From Candidatus Latescibacterota bacterium (GTDB taxonomy: Bacteria; Latescibacterota; UBA2968; UBA8231), in assembly GCA_965261395.1 (NCBI GenBank), contig OZ253462.1, positions 5,056,001 through 5,120,000 of the forward strand: DNA of 64,000 bases, in the 5' to 3' direction. Below the pieces are notes generated by a model. The model did no database searches. It saw only the letters and a program-made list of their open reading frames with translations, and was not told the DNA's origin. The position numbers and the translations under genes are program-made. Every line of letters starts with the position of its first letter. Position 1 is the stretch's first letter. This document shows, piece by piece, positions 10,151-20,354 of the stretch.

Positions 10151-13100
10151 CGTCCCTCGTCCTCCGCCCGGTCCCGGGCCGCGTGTTTCTCTGCTTTGGT
10201 CCAATCGTCGTTGACTCGTTCTCCGGTGAAGTTGCCGTTGTTCCAGAACCAGGGGAACTGCTCCTTGTCGCGCATCGGTTCCTTGCCGCGGTCCTTTTTC
10301 CAATGGATTTTCGGCGCGGTGCGGAGGACGCCGGCACCTTTCTTGCCGTCGGGAAGGTCTTTGGCCATGAAGGGGCGGATATTGAGGCGCACGCCGTCGT
10401 TGATGTCCGGCTCCCAGCCGATGGGTTGTTCCCTGATCGGCTTCCAGCGGATGAAAAGATCGCAGGGCGGCTCGCCTGCGAGGATGGCGACGAGCCGCTT
10501 CTGTAATTCCAGCGCTGCGGCCAAGCGGTCTTCGGCACCGCCCTCGCCACGCTTTACGCCATCCTGCTGGCGGGTGATCCAGTCGCCGAGATAGCTGTAG
10601 GTCAGCGACTCCAGCAGGCGACGACCCTTGCCTCCGCCCTCGGCCAGCTTGTGATAGTTGATCAAGGCGTGGAAACCGTCGCGTCTACGGCCGTCCCAGA
10701 TATGCCAGACGAAGGGACGCTGGTGGAACAGCTTGCAGTGTTCCTCAAAGAAACGGTTGTGCAGCCAGTCGTCTAGGCTGGGACTCTCTGTTGCGGTGAG
10801 CAACTTAGCAAGGATGTCATCGCTCCAGTCATCGCCCCAAGCGGCCTGCAACAGTTCCAACAGGCGTTCGTGGGCGGGACGCTCGCGCGCTACGGAGGGG
10901 ATGCAGACGATGCCGTCCTTGTCCTCAAATGGGTGCAATGCCGTTGTCTCCTCAACCCAGGCACGAGCCTCGTCGGCGAGTTCCATGTCCGGGTCGTTCT
11001 CCGCCGGCCAGCGGTAGCCGAGCAGGCGGGCGACAGCGACTTGCAGGACGGTCGGATCTGTGCGGCGCGGGCCGTGAGTGGTCCACTTTGTGCCTTCGTC
11101 CCAGATCACTGAGCCGCAGGGGTGGCCGTGGAAGATCCATTGGGTGGGATCGTCGGAATAAGGCTTGGGCAACCCGTTGGGATAGCGTTCTGCGGCGACC
11201 TGGGTCCAGCGTTTGAGGTCGAAGGGGACCTTGACCAGAGTGGCATTTGTGACGTTCAGCTTCTGATCAATCCGCCGCACTGCTTCGTTGTATTCGGGCG
11301 AGGAGCAGAAGCACCAGATGGCAGGGACGTGGCATTCATCATAGGGAATGATGGTTGCCACATTTTGGTGAAACCTCTCCTTGCCATAGTGATAGGGAAA
11401 TAGAACCCCCATCCTGTGTACAGCAATACCGGGTTTACCGAGAGCTTTAAGTCCTTTAGTTGGAAGAGCTGTTGGTAATGACAACAGTAGGCCTTTCCCT
11501 TGTTCCCAACGCACCATCCGCGACTGTCCTGCATACTCCTCCGTATAGACATCAGGAGTAGCCTGCATAAACTCCCATGTCTTTCTATTGATCTGAGCCA
11601 CTTCCCAAAAAGCCGCAACAAACATGGGATCGTCGCTAGTCTGAAGTCCAACTAGTCCATCAGCATACTGACTAAGTAGGGAAAAGGTCGTTTCATCATA
11701 TAGCGTCACTCTTGCATCAGGGTTCTCTAACTGCCTTCTCTGAATGACCACCACAAACTCACCACTCCGCAAAACATCCGCCTTTTCCGCCGCCGTGCGT
11801 GGAGTGCTCGCGTCAATACCGGACAGTTGATCTTCAGTCTGTGGGCGGGCGCGGGTCAGGGTGAGCAGTTGAACATTGAAATCCCACATAGGAGTCTGAA
11901 AAGCCTTCGCTCCGAGGCGAACGAGGAGATTCCAACGCACCTGCTTCAGTAATCGCCCGCGCTGCGCCTTGTAGCTGGTCAGGAACAGCCAGTTTTGTGG
12001 CATGACTATCTGGGTGACACCAACTCCAGCTTCCAAGCAGAACTCCAGACACCTTTCCAAGAATACATTCGCCAAATCCTGCTTCGCCCTCGCATATCGC
12101 CTCTCAGCGAAATTTCGCAGGCGTTCACTCTGCTTACCGCGAGCGAGATATGGCACGTTGGTGATGACGAGGTGATATTGCTGGCTCAGCAGCCGGGTCG
12201 CCTCGGTCAGCCCCAAGGCCGCGATGGTCGTCTCTTCCCATTCCTCCTCGCCAGCGTGTTTATTCAGCGCTCGCTCAAGCGATGGCTGTAGCTCGCTGAA
12301 TCCGGCCGTCAGCATATCCTCGGACACGGAAGTGGGATCAATCAGGCTGCCGAGCAGAGGCGCATCCTGAAAAGTGTCGTAGAGCAGCCCCATCCCATTT
12401 TCAATCCGACCATCACCCCCGGACAAAGCAGTCCATTGTTCCCGCTTACCGCCGACCGGCTGACCACACCAAGCAAGGTTGAATCGGGGCAGCGGCCGGT
12501 GATCGCCCGCATTGGGATAACGCCATGCTTCCATCGCCAGCGCAAAGGCGGCAATAGCCACGCAGCGCTGGTCCAGTTCCAGCCCATGCAGGTTGTCTCG
12601 CAATACGGCGTCAGCGGCCTCTGCCGCACTCAAGTCTTCCAACGCCATCCGCATCGGCACCAGCATCAGGAACGCCGCCACCAGAAAGTGCCCAGAACCG
12701 CAGCACGGGTCGAGCAGACGGAACTCCGAGAGATCGTCGGGCCAGCCCTCGAAACCGCCCGCGACGGGTGCGCCGTCCTCTGTCTGGCGCAGATAGGTGA
12801 GATCAACCGGACACCGCTCGTTGGGATGACGAGTCTGCCACCAAGCACCGAGCGAGTTATGCAGCAGAAACTGCACCATGTAGGGCTCGGTGAAGAGCTG
12901 GGTCACCGCCGGCAATTCGTCCGCCCCGATCTTATCTTCGGATTGGTTAACCTCATTCTTCCTCTCCGTCTGCCAGAACTGATACACCCAACCGAGCGAA
13001 TCGGTCGCCATGAATACCGCTGCCGGCAGACCTTCAACCAAGCCCTCCAGCTTTAACCGGTACTCCCGCGCCAACCGGACTTCCAACCCCGGATGCTCCG

Positions 13101-13536
13101 TCCTAAAAACCTGCGGCAACATGGAGTGAGCATACTGCGCCGCCAACTCCCACTTGTCGCTGCCTTTGTCCCTAGCCAAATCCTCGCATTCATCGAGCGT
13201 TACTGCGACATTGATCTCTGGTTCAATCAGCAGATCGTTCTCCGCGAGGAAGCGGGCAAACAACATGCTGTGCCAGTGTTCATACGCAGTCTCCTGCACC
13301 AAATGCTCAATGGTATGCTCTCCCGTGCGTGCGTTGGGACGGTCCCCAAGCTGGCGAGCATGCGCCCGCAGCCGCCGGCGCAATGTGCGCTGCTCCGTGT
13401 CCATGTGCTCGTAGAACTCGCGGTGATGCACGGCAAGCTCCTTCAATGCCGCGCGGGCACCGGCCTCCGCCACTTTGCGAGCCTCAATGACGGCGCGTTC
13501 GAGTTGTTGCCGAAGGTCTGTCGGAAGTGTCTGCAT
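10147..13536 (-). CDS. pglX: BREX N6-adenine DNA methyltransferase PglX/BrxX
   Basis: 1129 aa; TQLFTEPYMV, motif I LDPCCGSGHF, motif IV variant TNVPY, C-terminal RPFVWHIWDG and DINDGVRLNIRPF; lies between brxC and pglZ. Confidence 0.92.
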   Translation of the reverse strand: MQTLPTDLRQQLERAVIEARKVAEAGARAALKELAVHHREFYEHMDTEQRTLRRRLRAHARQLGDRPNARTGEHTIEHLVQETAYEHWHSMLFARFLAENDLLIEPEINVAVTLDECEDLARDKGSDKWELAAQYAHSMLPQVFRTEHPGLEVRLAREYRLKLEGLVEGLPAAVFMATDSLGWVYQFWQTERKNEVNQSEDKIGADELPAVTQLFTEPYMVQFLLHNSLGAWWQTRHPNERCPVDLTYLRQTEDGAPVAGGFEGWPDDLSEFRLLDPCCGSGHFLVAAFLMLVPMRMALEDLSAAEAADAVLRDNLHGLELDQRCVAIAAFALAMEAWRYPNAGDHRPLPRFNLAWCGQPVGGKREQWTALSGGDGRIENGMGLLYDTFQDAPLLGSLIDPTSVSEDMLTAGFSELQPSLERALNKHAGEEEWEETTIAALGLTEATRLLSQQYHLVITNVPYLARGKQSERLRNFAERRYARAKQDLANVFLERCLEFCLEAGVGVTQIVMPQNWLFLTSYKAQRGRLLKQVRWNLLVRLGAKAFQTPMWDFNVQLLTLTRARPQTEDQLSGIDASTPRTAAEKADVLRSGEFVVVIQRRQLENPDARVTLYDETTFSLLSQYADGLVGLQTSDDPMFVAAFWEVAQINRKTWEFMQATPDVYTEEYAGQSRMVRWEQGKGLLLSLPTALPTKGLKALGKPGIAVHRMGVLFPYHYGKERFHQNVATIIPYDECHVPAIWCFCSSPEYNEAVRRIDQKLNVTNATLVKVPFDLKRWTQVAAERYPNGLPKPYSDDPTQWIFHGHPCGSVIWDEGTKWTTHGPRRTDPTVLQVAVARLLGYRWPAENDPDMELADEARAWVEETTALHPFEDKDGIVCIPSVARERPAHERLLELLQAAWGDDWSDDILAKLLTATESPSLDDWLHNRFFEEHCKLFHQRPFVWHIWDGRRRDGFHALINYHKLAEGGGKGRRLLESLTYSYLGDWITRQQDGVKRGEGGAEDRLAAALELQKRLVAILAGEPPCDLFIRWKPIREQPIGWEPDINDGVRLNIRPFMAKDLPDGKKGAGVLRTAPKIHWKKDRGKEPMRDKEQFPWFWNNGNFTGERVNDDWTKAEKHAARDRAEDEGR

Positions 13537-13554
13537 GGGATCGGTCTATTCTCC

Positions 13555-16500
13555 TTAGCTTACCACGATGGGGCCTTGCTCGACCTGTTTGAGCAACTCC
13601 CGTTCAGTCTCGCCGAGCCAATCCTTGACGTCTTCCGGCGTGCGCAGCGTGGTTCTGCGGGGCTTGAAATGATGGGTTTTCGGCTCGACCAGTTTGTCGG
13701 CTCTGATGCGAGCGTCCGCAAAAAGCTGCGGCAAGGCCGCCGTGCGGGTTCGCCAATCATAGAGCGAGATCCGCCCGAGGGATTCCAGCACTTCCTGTTC
13801 GGTGCCGGTTGCGCCCTTGGTGACCTTCTCGATACGCAAATCCTCAAGAATTCGGTCGCGCTCGGCCTGCTCAATCTCCCGCCAACTCTCGGCGGATTCC
13901 AGTTGTTCCAGTTCCTCGTCATAGGTCGTGGAGAAGCCTGTCTCAGCCTCTACTAGGGCAGTACGTAGCGCGTCCACTAGCATCCTAGTGAGATCAGGTA
14001 CGGGGTCCGAATCGGCGAGCAAACTGCGGTTGACCGCGATAGCTCCGATCTGCGGCTGCGTCTCCGACGCCACATCCATCTCTTTTGCAGCATGGCTGGC
14101 TAAGGACAGCAGACGCTCGTACGAAGGGAGGCGCTTCTCGGCCAGATTCCCTGCCTTGGTCCAATCCTCAATGTTCTTTTGTAGTTCGTCGTACCGATCC
14201 AAGATGCCGACCAGTTGCTCATTGCCGGCAAGGGATTGAAGGTCTCGCAGATGGCTGGTGTCAGGGCGTTCGGGCAAAGGCGCATCTCCACCGGCACTCT
14301 GGGCGAGTCTGTCGAGCTTGGCCAAGAATTCCGCAGCAGCCATGGCTTCTTCGTTGGGCTTGCAGGTGACCCCAACGCTCCGGAACAACCCGCGTACCTT
14401 GATGCGCTGGCGGGTATCAATGATGGCGCTCTCGACCCGAAAATCGGAGACCGACACTTTCGCCTGATCGAGCTCCCTAGGCTTGAGCGGCGTGCCGTTG
14501 GCGGTCGCCCGCAAATGACCGGCTCCAAACAGGCTGATGAGGGCGGCGTCAATCGCATCGCGGGGCCAGCCGTAAGGCGGGGCCGAGAAATGGTCGCGTA
14601 CCTCTTTGCCCTTCTTTCCGGAACCTACGAAAGACAGGACCTCGGAGCAGACCCGGTAGTCTTCGGTCTTACCGTCGTAATCCAGTACTTCTAGAGGGTG
14701 CTCATCGCCTCTTCGGGCGCGCTCGATCACCCTAGACCAACGACCATCGTCGGCATCCCTGAAGTCGTGGAAGAGGCGGTCCAAGGAGGCGTTGGCTGCC
14801 TCCCTAATCTTGTCCTGCAAGGTGGCACCTAACCGTTCGGAGCCGCCACCCTGATAGACTTTCGCCTCGCCGACGATTGCAGCCACCAAGCTCCGCTGGT
14901 TGTTGGCGGCCTCGGTCCGCCGGGTCTCCATGCCTTGGCGGGCCTCAATACCTTCCGCAGTCGAAGGCACACCTTTGTATTCAAGCGTCTCATTCGCCGC
15001 AGCTTGGGCGGCGACCACGCGGGCCAAGTCATCAGCGCGCGACTTGGGCAGGAATACGTGGATGACTGGGCTGTCGGAACCATCGGCACGTGCATCAGCG
15101 ACGACGCTTCCCTCGTCCGCTCCCCAACCATCGCGAATCCAGACGGGTATCTCATGGGTTGCGCCCAGCGGCGGTTCCGCCCCTAAGTGCAAGGCGAGCT
15201 TTCTGGGCTCCTTGCACGTTCCATGCAGTAGCCTCACCGATCCGATCTCCTCCTGAACCGCCGCCCCCAACAACTGGGCGCGCTTACTGCTCATTTGCGT
15301 GAGATCGTTGACAAGCCTTGTCTGCCGGTTGCGAAATTCGTTCTCCCACTCGCTGCTCTCGCGCGTCTGCAAACTGTACTCGTCTTCAAGCTTCATCAGC
15401 GTACTGTCGGAGGTCAGTTCATCCAGCAATGCAGGAAGCCGCCCCCGCAGCGTCGCGCCGTCCTGGGCCAGATCCTTGACCAGCAGATCTGCCAAGGTTT
15501 CCTCGGTTGCGCGAACACCGATGTCGATACCGGCTTCCCGGGGCAGCTTGCGGATGAGGAAGACCAAAGCGCACAGACGCAATTTGAGACGCCCATCGGG
15601 GGTGCCGTCGTCCTGCTTGAAGATGGTCTCGTTTACCTCGCGTAGCAGTACGCCACTTCGCAGCAGGTTGGGAGAGATTTCCTCAAATAGGAAGTCGGCC
15701 GGAACGACCGTGCCGACCGGATCGTCGGCGGTGTATCGGATCGCGTCATATACGATGCGCAGTTGCGTACGAAGCTGTCCGGCGGTGCCCGCCCGATCGA
15801 CCGCACGCAGGGTATGCTCCCAGAAGCGTCGCCGCACTGGGAGCAGCGGGTAATCCTCCACGAGTACCGCCTCGTCCTCGCTACGAGGGCCGATCCGAGT
15901 GCTAACCAAGTGGCGATTGATCTCGCCGGTGTTGTCGTCCAGAGTCGATTTGACAGCGTTGGTGCGGTCCGGGCGTTTCGCCAGCACGACTCGCCGGGTG
16001 ACCACTTCGACATCGATGTCTGAAAGCTCGACGTTGACCGTGAACCGGCCCTGGAGACGTTGCAGGGCCGGCGTACTGGAGAGCGCCGTTTGCCCGGTGC
16101 CAAGAAGCAGTAGGCGGTCGCCGAAGCGTTTGCTACAATCCTCCACTACCCCCTGCACCTCATAGGAACGGCTGCTATCCTCACCGATGTACTGCTGCAC
16201 CTCGTCTAGGATTATAACGGTGCAGGGCAACTCGCCCTCGGGTGCCAGGGTGTCCTGTAAAGCGGTGACGAATTCGTGGGTAGTGATGTCCTCCGGTTTC
16301 GGAAACTGGTCGCGCAGCGCGGCCCTAGCGTCCCTCTCGCTACCCGCAAAATCGGGATCAGTCGCGAGCAGGGCTCTGGCGATGAGCGGACTCACGTAGA
16401 GATCGTTCAACTCGCGCCGAAAGTCACGGCCTTCCGCCTCGACCGCGATGCGGACCGGGTCGTAAATGTCGTTTTTTCTAAGCCAGAGGCAGAATTGCGC

Positions 16501-17001
16501 CTGTGGGAAGCTCTCGGGAAGGCCTGCGGATTTAAATACAATGCCGAGCAAGGCAAGCCGTACGCTGTCGCCGGCCCCAGCACCGAGCGTACCTGCGGCA
16601 GCGTGAAGCCCATAGGAACGCCGACCGAGAGTCACGAGCTCCGTAAGCAGTTCAGTCACGTCATCCGGCAGCCGTGCAAGACCCCGGGCACTGGCACCAT
16701 CTTCCGGAAAATGGTAGTCAATCCACAGAAAGCGTAGCATCTTCGCCAAGTGCGATTTGCCGCTGCCAAAGAATCCGCTCACCCAAGCCGCTGGCTGCTC
16801 GGGCTGGCCCTGGTTGCTGAGGTAGGAATCGAGGATGCGGACGAGACCCCTCCGGTATTCCCCTTCGCAGACGAAATGCTCAAGTTCGAAACGCAAGGTG
16901 CGGCGTTCGTCCTCGTCTAAGGCGTCTGTCATCGTGGCAACGCCGTTGTTCAGCAGCGTGATCTCGCTGGGGTCCCGTTGGTAGATTTCCCGATTTTTCA
17001 T
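13555..17001 (-). CDS. brxC: BREX P-loop ATPase BrxC
   Basis: WVSGFFGSGKSH Walker A, IILDEVQQY Walker B, PPYGWP motif; ATG 17001 overlaps the brxB stop (ATGA). Confidence 0.92.
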   Translation of the reverse strand: MKNREIYQRDPSEITLLNNGVATMTDALDEDERRTLRFELEHFVCEGEYRRGLVRILDSYLSNQGQPEQPAAWVSGFFGSGKSHLAKMLRFLWIDYHFPEDGASARGLARLPDDVTELLTELVTLGRRSYGLHAAAGTLGAGAGDSVRLALLGIVFKSAGLPESFPQAQFCLWLRKNDIYDPVRIAVEAEGRDFRRELNDLYVSPLIARALLATDPDFAGSERDARAALRDQFPKPEDITTHEFVTALQDTLAPEGELPCTVIILDEVQQYIGEDSSRSYEVQGVVEDCSKRFGDRLLLLGTGQTALSSTPALQRLQGRFTVNVELSDIDVEVVTRRVVLAKRPDRTNAVKSTLDDNTGEINRHLVSTRIGPRSEDEAVLVEDYPLLPVRRRFWEHTLRAVDRAGTAGQLRTQLRIVYDAIRYTADDPVGTVVPADFLFEEISPNLLRSGVLLREVNETIFKQDDGTPDGRLKLRLCALVFLIRKLPREAGIDIGVRATEETLADLLVKDLAQDGATLRGRLPALLDELTSDSTLMKLEDEYSLQTRESSEWENEFRNRQTRLVNDLTQMSSKRAQLLGAAVQEEIGSVRLLHGTCKEPRKLALHLGAEPPLGATHEIPVWIRDGWGADEGSVVADARADGSDSPVIHVFLPKSRADDLARVVAAQAAANETLEYKGVPSTAEGIEARQGMETRRTEAANNQRSLVAAIVGEAKVYQGGGSERLGATLQDKIREAANASLDRLFHDFRDADDGRWSRVIERARRGDEHPLEVLDYDGKTEDYRVCSEVLSFVGSGKKGKEVRDHFSAPPYGWPRDAIDAALISLFGAGHLRATANGTPLKPRELDQAKVSVSDFRVESAIIDTRQRIKVRGLFRSVGVTCKPNEEAMAAAEFLAKLDRLAQSAGGDAPLPERPDTSHLRDLQSLAGNEQLVGILDRYDELQKNIEDWTKAGNLAEKRLPSYERLLSLASHAAKEMDVASETQPQIGAIAVNRSLLADSDPVPDLTRMLVDALRTALVEAETGFSTTYDEELEQLESAESWREIEQAERDRILEDLRIEKVTKGATGTEQEVLESLGRISLYDWRTRTAALPQLFADARIRADKLVEPKTHHFKPRRTTLRTPEDVKDWLGETERELLKQVEQGPIVVS

Positions 17002-17567
17002 ACCGCGTATGCCTCTCGATCCTCGTGCAAAGTGATCGGAACCGCGAGGTAGTTCCACCCGTCCCGAGCATCCATCAATCGATAGTTGTTGTTCTCGTAT
17101 TCTCCGGGGAAAAACACCACCACGCGCCCTCGGATATCCCGCTCGATCGCCTCCATGAGCTCCGATACGCGAACAAAACCAAACAGCGAGGCCACGCCGT
17201 AGATACTGACCACCGCGTTTTCATCGGCCTCGGGGACTTCCAGGACATCCTTTACGCGCCCGGCCACATGCTCCAGAAAATCGGATTCCAGCTTGAGCTC
17301 CAGATCCTCCGGTGATTCGAAATAGCTGTCGCGATACTCGGTATTGGCCATCCACTGAGCAAAGACGTCGGTTAGATCACATTCAATCCAGCCGTGGCCT
17401 GCTTCCTTGGTCGCCATCTCGAATAATCCCTTACGTACCCGTAGGCGTTTTTCATCTGTCTTGTCATAGACTACGAAGATAACCCGCTGGGCACCGGATA
17501 GGTGCTTTTGCCAAGGCAACGCAATATAGCGCTTGTACCGCTCCGCCAGTGTATCAATGTGACTCAT
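16998..17567 (-). CDS. brxB: BREX protein BrxB (DUF1788)
   Basis: 189 aa with VVFFPGEY...YRLMDARDGWNYLA C-terminus; immediately upstream of brxC. Confidence 0.85.
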   Translation of the reverse strand: MSHIDTLAERYKRYIALPWQKHLSGAQRVIFVVYDKTDEKRLRVRKGLFEMATKEAGHGWIECDLTDVFAQWMANTEYRDSYFESPEDLELKLESDFLEHVAGRVKDVLEVPEADENAVVSIYGVASLFGFVRVSELMEAIERDIRGRVVVFFPGEYENNNYRLMDARDGWNYLAVPITLHEDREAYAV

Positions 17568-18387
17568 GGATCACCTTCTGTTCTTGTTGAGTGAAGCTGG
17601 CAAAGAATGCCGGAAATGAGACTTCGACGATTGACCCCGCTTGCTTGAGTTCGAGTAGCCCCCGGCTCCGGGCAGCAGAGGCGGACTCCAGAAGTTCGTC
17701 CGGCGCGGCATCCATAATGGCGACCCAAGGGGACTCAAACAGCCGCAGGCCCCGCCGGCCTACGGCAAACCCTAACAACAGGGCGTAGGCGGTTGCCGCT
17801 GGCGTTGTTTCCACCGGCAGCCTTACCTTGCGGCCTCGTCCGCGAAAGTGGCCGGCCTGTGTCCACGAGGAAGAAGCGTTGCGCACCACCTTGTCCAGAG
17901 TGGCAGCGCCGAAGCGATCACCAACTACTGCAGAAACGGCGTCCAGCATAGACTGCCGAGCGAACTCGTGGCTGTGGGGGGTATTAATGACGGCCAATAC
18001 GGTCGAACGAAGCAGCGGGTCTCGAGCGAGGGCCAGCAACATGGCCATTAGTGGGCGGCTGCTCTCGTGACTGCTCCAGAGGTCTTTCAGTATCCGAAAC
18101 AGAATCACTCGGGGGTCAAGGCCGTAGAGCTCGATCAGATGTTGCAGAGAGTGCTTGCGGTTTGCCGTCGTCCGCTTGCCCAAGCAGTTTTCTTCCATCA
18201 CGGCAGCCGTGTAGTCCGCACGGCTAGCATTACCTCGAACTACATCTAGCAGCAGAGATAGCTCTTCGAGCATGATCGTGCGACTGCTGTGGGTACCTCT
18301 GGCTCCCCGACGGAACCCCCAAGCCGTAGCCTGAGTATCTGTCAGCCGATCAATTTCGACTTCAAAATTCAAGTAAGATATGTCCAT
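17554..18387 (-). CDS. brxA: BrxA-like first gene of the BREX operon
   Basis: 277 aa, predicted mostly helical; RNASSSWTQAGH segment; canonical position, overlapping brxB by 14 nt. Assignment rests mainly on synteny. Confidence 0.65.
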   Translation of the reverse strand: MDISYLNFEVEIDRLTDTQATAWGFRRGARGTHSSRTIMLEELSLLLDVVRGNASRADYTAAVMEENCLGKRTTANRKHSLQHLIELYGLDPRVILFRILKDLWSSHESSRPLMAMLLALARDPLLRSTVLAVINTPHSHEFARQSMLDAVSAVVGDRFGAATLDKVVRNASSSWTQAGHFRGRGRKVRLPVETTPAATAYALLLGFAVGRRGLRLFESPWVAIMDAAPDELLESASAARSRGLLELKQAGSIVEVSFPAFFASFTQQEQKVIHESH

Positions 18388-18395
18388 GGTGGCAT

Positions 18396-18424
18396 ATAAT
18401 AATGAAAACCAATTTTCTTGTCAA
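18396..18424 (-). promoter_or_regulatory. Sigma-70-type promoter of the BREX operon, near-leaderless
   Basis: TTGACA-N17-TATTAT on the minus strand; the brxA ATG is 8 nt after the -10 box and there is no SD. Confidence 0.7.
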
Positions 18425-18428
18425 TATC

Positions 18429-18468
18429 TCTTATTTTTCACCGGCAAACTGGCCGGTGAAAAATAAGA
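18429..18468. repeat. Perfect 17-bp inverted repeat with 6-nt spacer, just upstream of the BREX -35 box
   Basis: TCTTATTTTTCACCGGC-aaactg-GCCGGTGAAAAATAAGA. Confidence 0.9.
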
Positions 18469-18778
18469 CAGCCTAATAGAACTTCTACAAGTAATCCTAC
18501 CGACGCCGCTCCAACAGCGAGACCTAGATATAATCCGGCCCCCTCCCGGTGAATGACACCCCCGAAATCGGAGTGCCGTCGCCCATTACCCTAACACAGT
18601 ACTGGCCGTCCGAAGGGCGGAATCTGTCAGATGTTTACGAGGGAACTCACGGCAAGCGACAACAACTAGGGGCAGAAACGTACCCGCGATGACTGTTCGG
18701 CACTACGCGTGTTATAGTTGAAGGAGAAGATCGATACGAGTCGGGGTAACGCGAGTCTTTAGTTCGGCTCTTTACAGC

Positions 18779-20251
18779 CTACAACTCCTTGCGGTAGCGC
18801 TGCGAAGGAATTTTTAGTTGATCGCGGTATTTGGCCACGGTCCGCCGCGCAATTCTCAAGCCACCCTTGCTCAGCTCCTCGACAATCTGTTGGTCCGAAA
18901 GCGGCCGGACCTTGTCCTCGTCGGCGACGAGCTGCGAAATTTTCTCCTTCACCGAGCGCACGGACACGTCTTCGCCCTCGTCCGTGCTGAGCTTGTTGTT
19001 GAAGAAGTACTTCAGTTCAAAGACCCCGTGCGGCGTCTGCATGTACTTGCCGTTGCTAACGCGGCTAATAGTCGATACGTGCATCCCCACAGCGTCGGCC
19101 ACATCCTGCAAGACCAAGGGCCGCAGACGCGCCGGCCCTTCCTCGAAGAAAGGCAACTGCGCCTGCAAAAGGTAGCCGGCTACCTTGAGCATGGTCGTGC
19201 GGCGCTGGTGGATGGCGTTGATGAGCCAGCGGGCGTCGTTGAGATTCTTGGACACGTAGTCCTTGACGGCGTCCTTGCTGTTGCCGCGGAAGTTGCTGAG
19301 CTGCTGCTGGTACGCAGAATTGATCTTTAAGGACGGCATGGATCCGTCGGCCAGCGACGCGACCCACTCCCCGCCAACCTGCTCGACGACCAAGTCCGGC
19401 GTGATGTACGCGACCTCGGTATCTAGCGTCAAGAGCTTGTTGTAGTCCCTGCTCGCAGACAGGCCCGGATGCGGCTGTAAGCGCTCGATCACCTGCAAAA
19501 CTTCTTTGAGCTTCTCGTTGGAGATATCCAAGGAGCGGGTGATGCGCTGCAGACGCCGCCGCGTCAGGTCCTCTAGGTGATCGCACACCACCTGTAAGGC
19601 CAGCGCGCTGAGCGGGTCGTCGCGCTGACTCAACTGGATCATCAGACACTCGCGCAGGTCGCGCGCGCCGACCCCTGGCGGGTCAAAGGTCTGAATGACG
19701 CGCAGTACCTTTTCCACGGCCGCGACTTCGACCGCTAGGTCGGCGGCGATCTCGGCGAGCGAGCAGCCAACGTAACCGCGCTCGTCGATATTGCCGATGA
19801 TGTACTCGGCGATAGCCCGCTCTTCCGGCCCCAAATCGCCAAGCTCGCCTAGCTGATTGTACAGGTGCTCTAAGAGGGGCGGCATGGCGGTGATGCGGTT
19901 TGCCTGTGGCTCGCGGTCGGTCTCCCAATTGGGATCGTATTCCGTGCGTTCGCTGTTGTACGCGCCCGCGTCGAACTGGTCGTCCAACAGCGCATCCCAA
20001 TCGACCTTCTCCATGTCCTCGGGCAGTTCCTCCTCTTCCTTGATCCCCTCCTCCTCCCGCTCAAGCAACTCTTCTTCCCCTTCTTCGCGCAACTCGACCG
20101 CCTCTTCGAGCAAGGGATTGAGTTCGAGTTGCTGCTTGACCTCCAGCGTCAAATCCAAGGTGGACATCTGCAACAGCCGCAGCGATTGGATGAGCTGCGG
20201 TGCCATCTTTTGCTGGAGGCGTAAGCTGGTATTTTGCTCGGGACGAAGCAT
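18779..20251 (-). CDS. rpoN: RNA polymerase sigma-54 factor
   Basis: Gln/Leu-rich region I (PQLIQSLRLLQM), HVSTISRV HTH, RpoN box ARRTVAKYR; downstream of lptB. Confidence 0.97.
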   Translation of the reverse strand: MLRPEQNTSLRLQQKMAPQLIQSLRLLQMSTLDLTLEVKQQLELNPLLEEAVELREEGEEELLEREEEGIKEEEELPEDMEKVDWDALLDDQFDAGAYNSERTEYDPNWETDREPQANRITAMPPLLEHLYNQLGELGDLGPEERAIAEYIIGNIDERGYVGCSLAEIAADLAVEVAAVEKVLRVIQTFDPPGVGARDLRECLMIQLSQRDDPLSALALQVVCDHLEDLTRRRLQRITRSLDISNEKLKEVLQVIERLQPHPGLSASRDYNKLLTLDTEVAYITPDLVVEQVGGEWVASLADGSMPSLKINSAYQQQLSNFRGNSKDAVKDYVSKNLNDARWLINAIHQRRTTMLKVAGYLLQAQLPFFEEGPARLRPLVLQDVADAVGMHVSTISRVSNGKYMQTPHGVFELKYFFNNKLSTDEGEDVSVRSVKEKISQLVADEDKVRPLSDQQIVEELSKGGLRIARRTVAKYRDQLKIPSQRYRKEL

Positions 20252-20354
20252 TGAATAAGTTGTTGTGAATTAATTACTTAATAAAAATTACCCGTCCTGC
20301 TAGTAGCTGTACAAACAAGCCCGTGCAGTGAGAAAAGTCAAGGTGCAAGCGCAC

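Noticed and set aside
989-18778. att-like direct repeats around the BREX island
   Set aside because: Only an 8-bp match (CGGCACTA near 1003 and 18698) was noticed, which is expected by chance; no integrase is present.
18480-18778. Gene or ncRNA between rpoN and the BREX promoter
   Set aside because: No ORF of 60 aa or more and no recognisable RNA motif; left unannotated.
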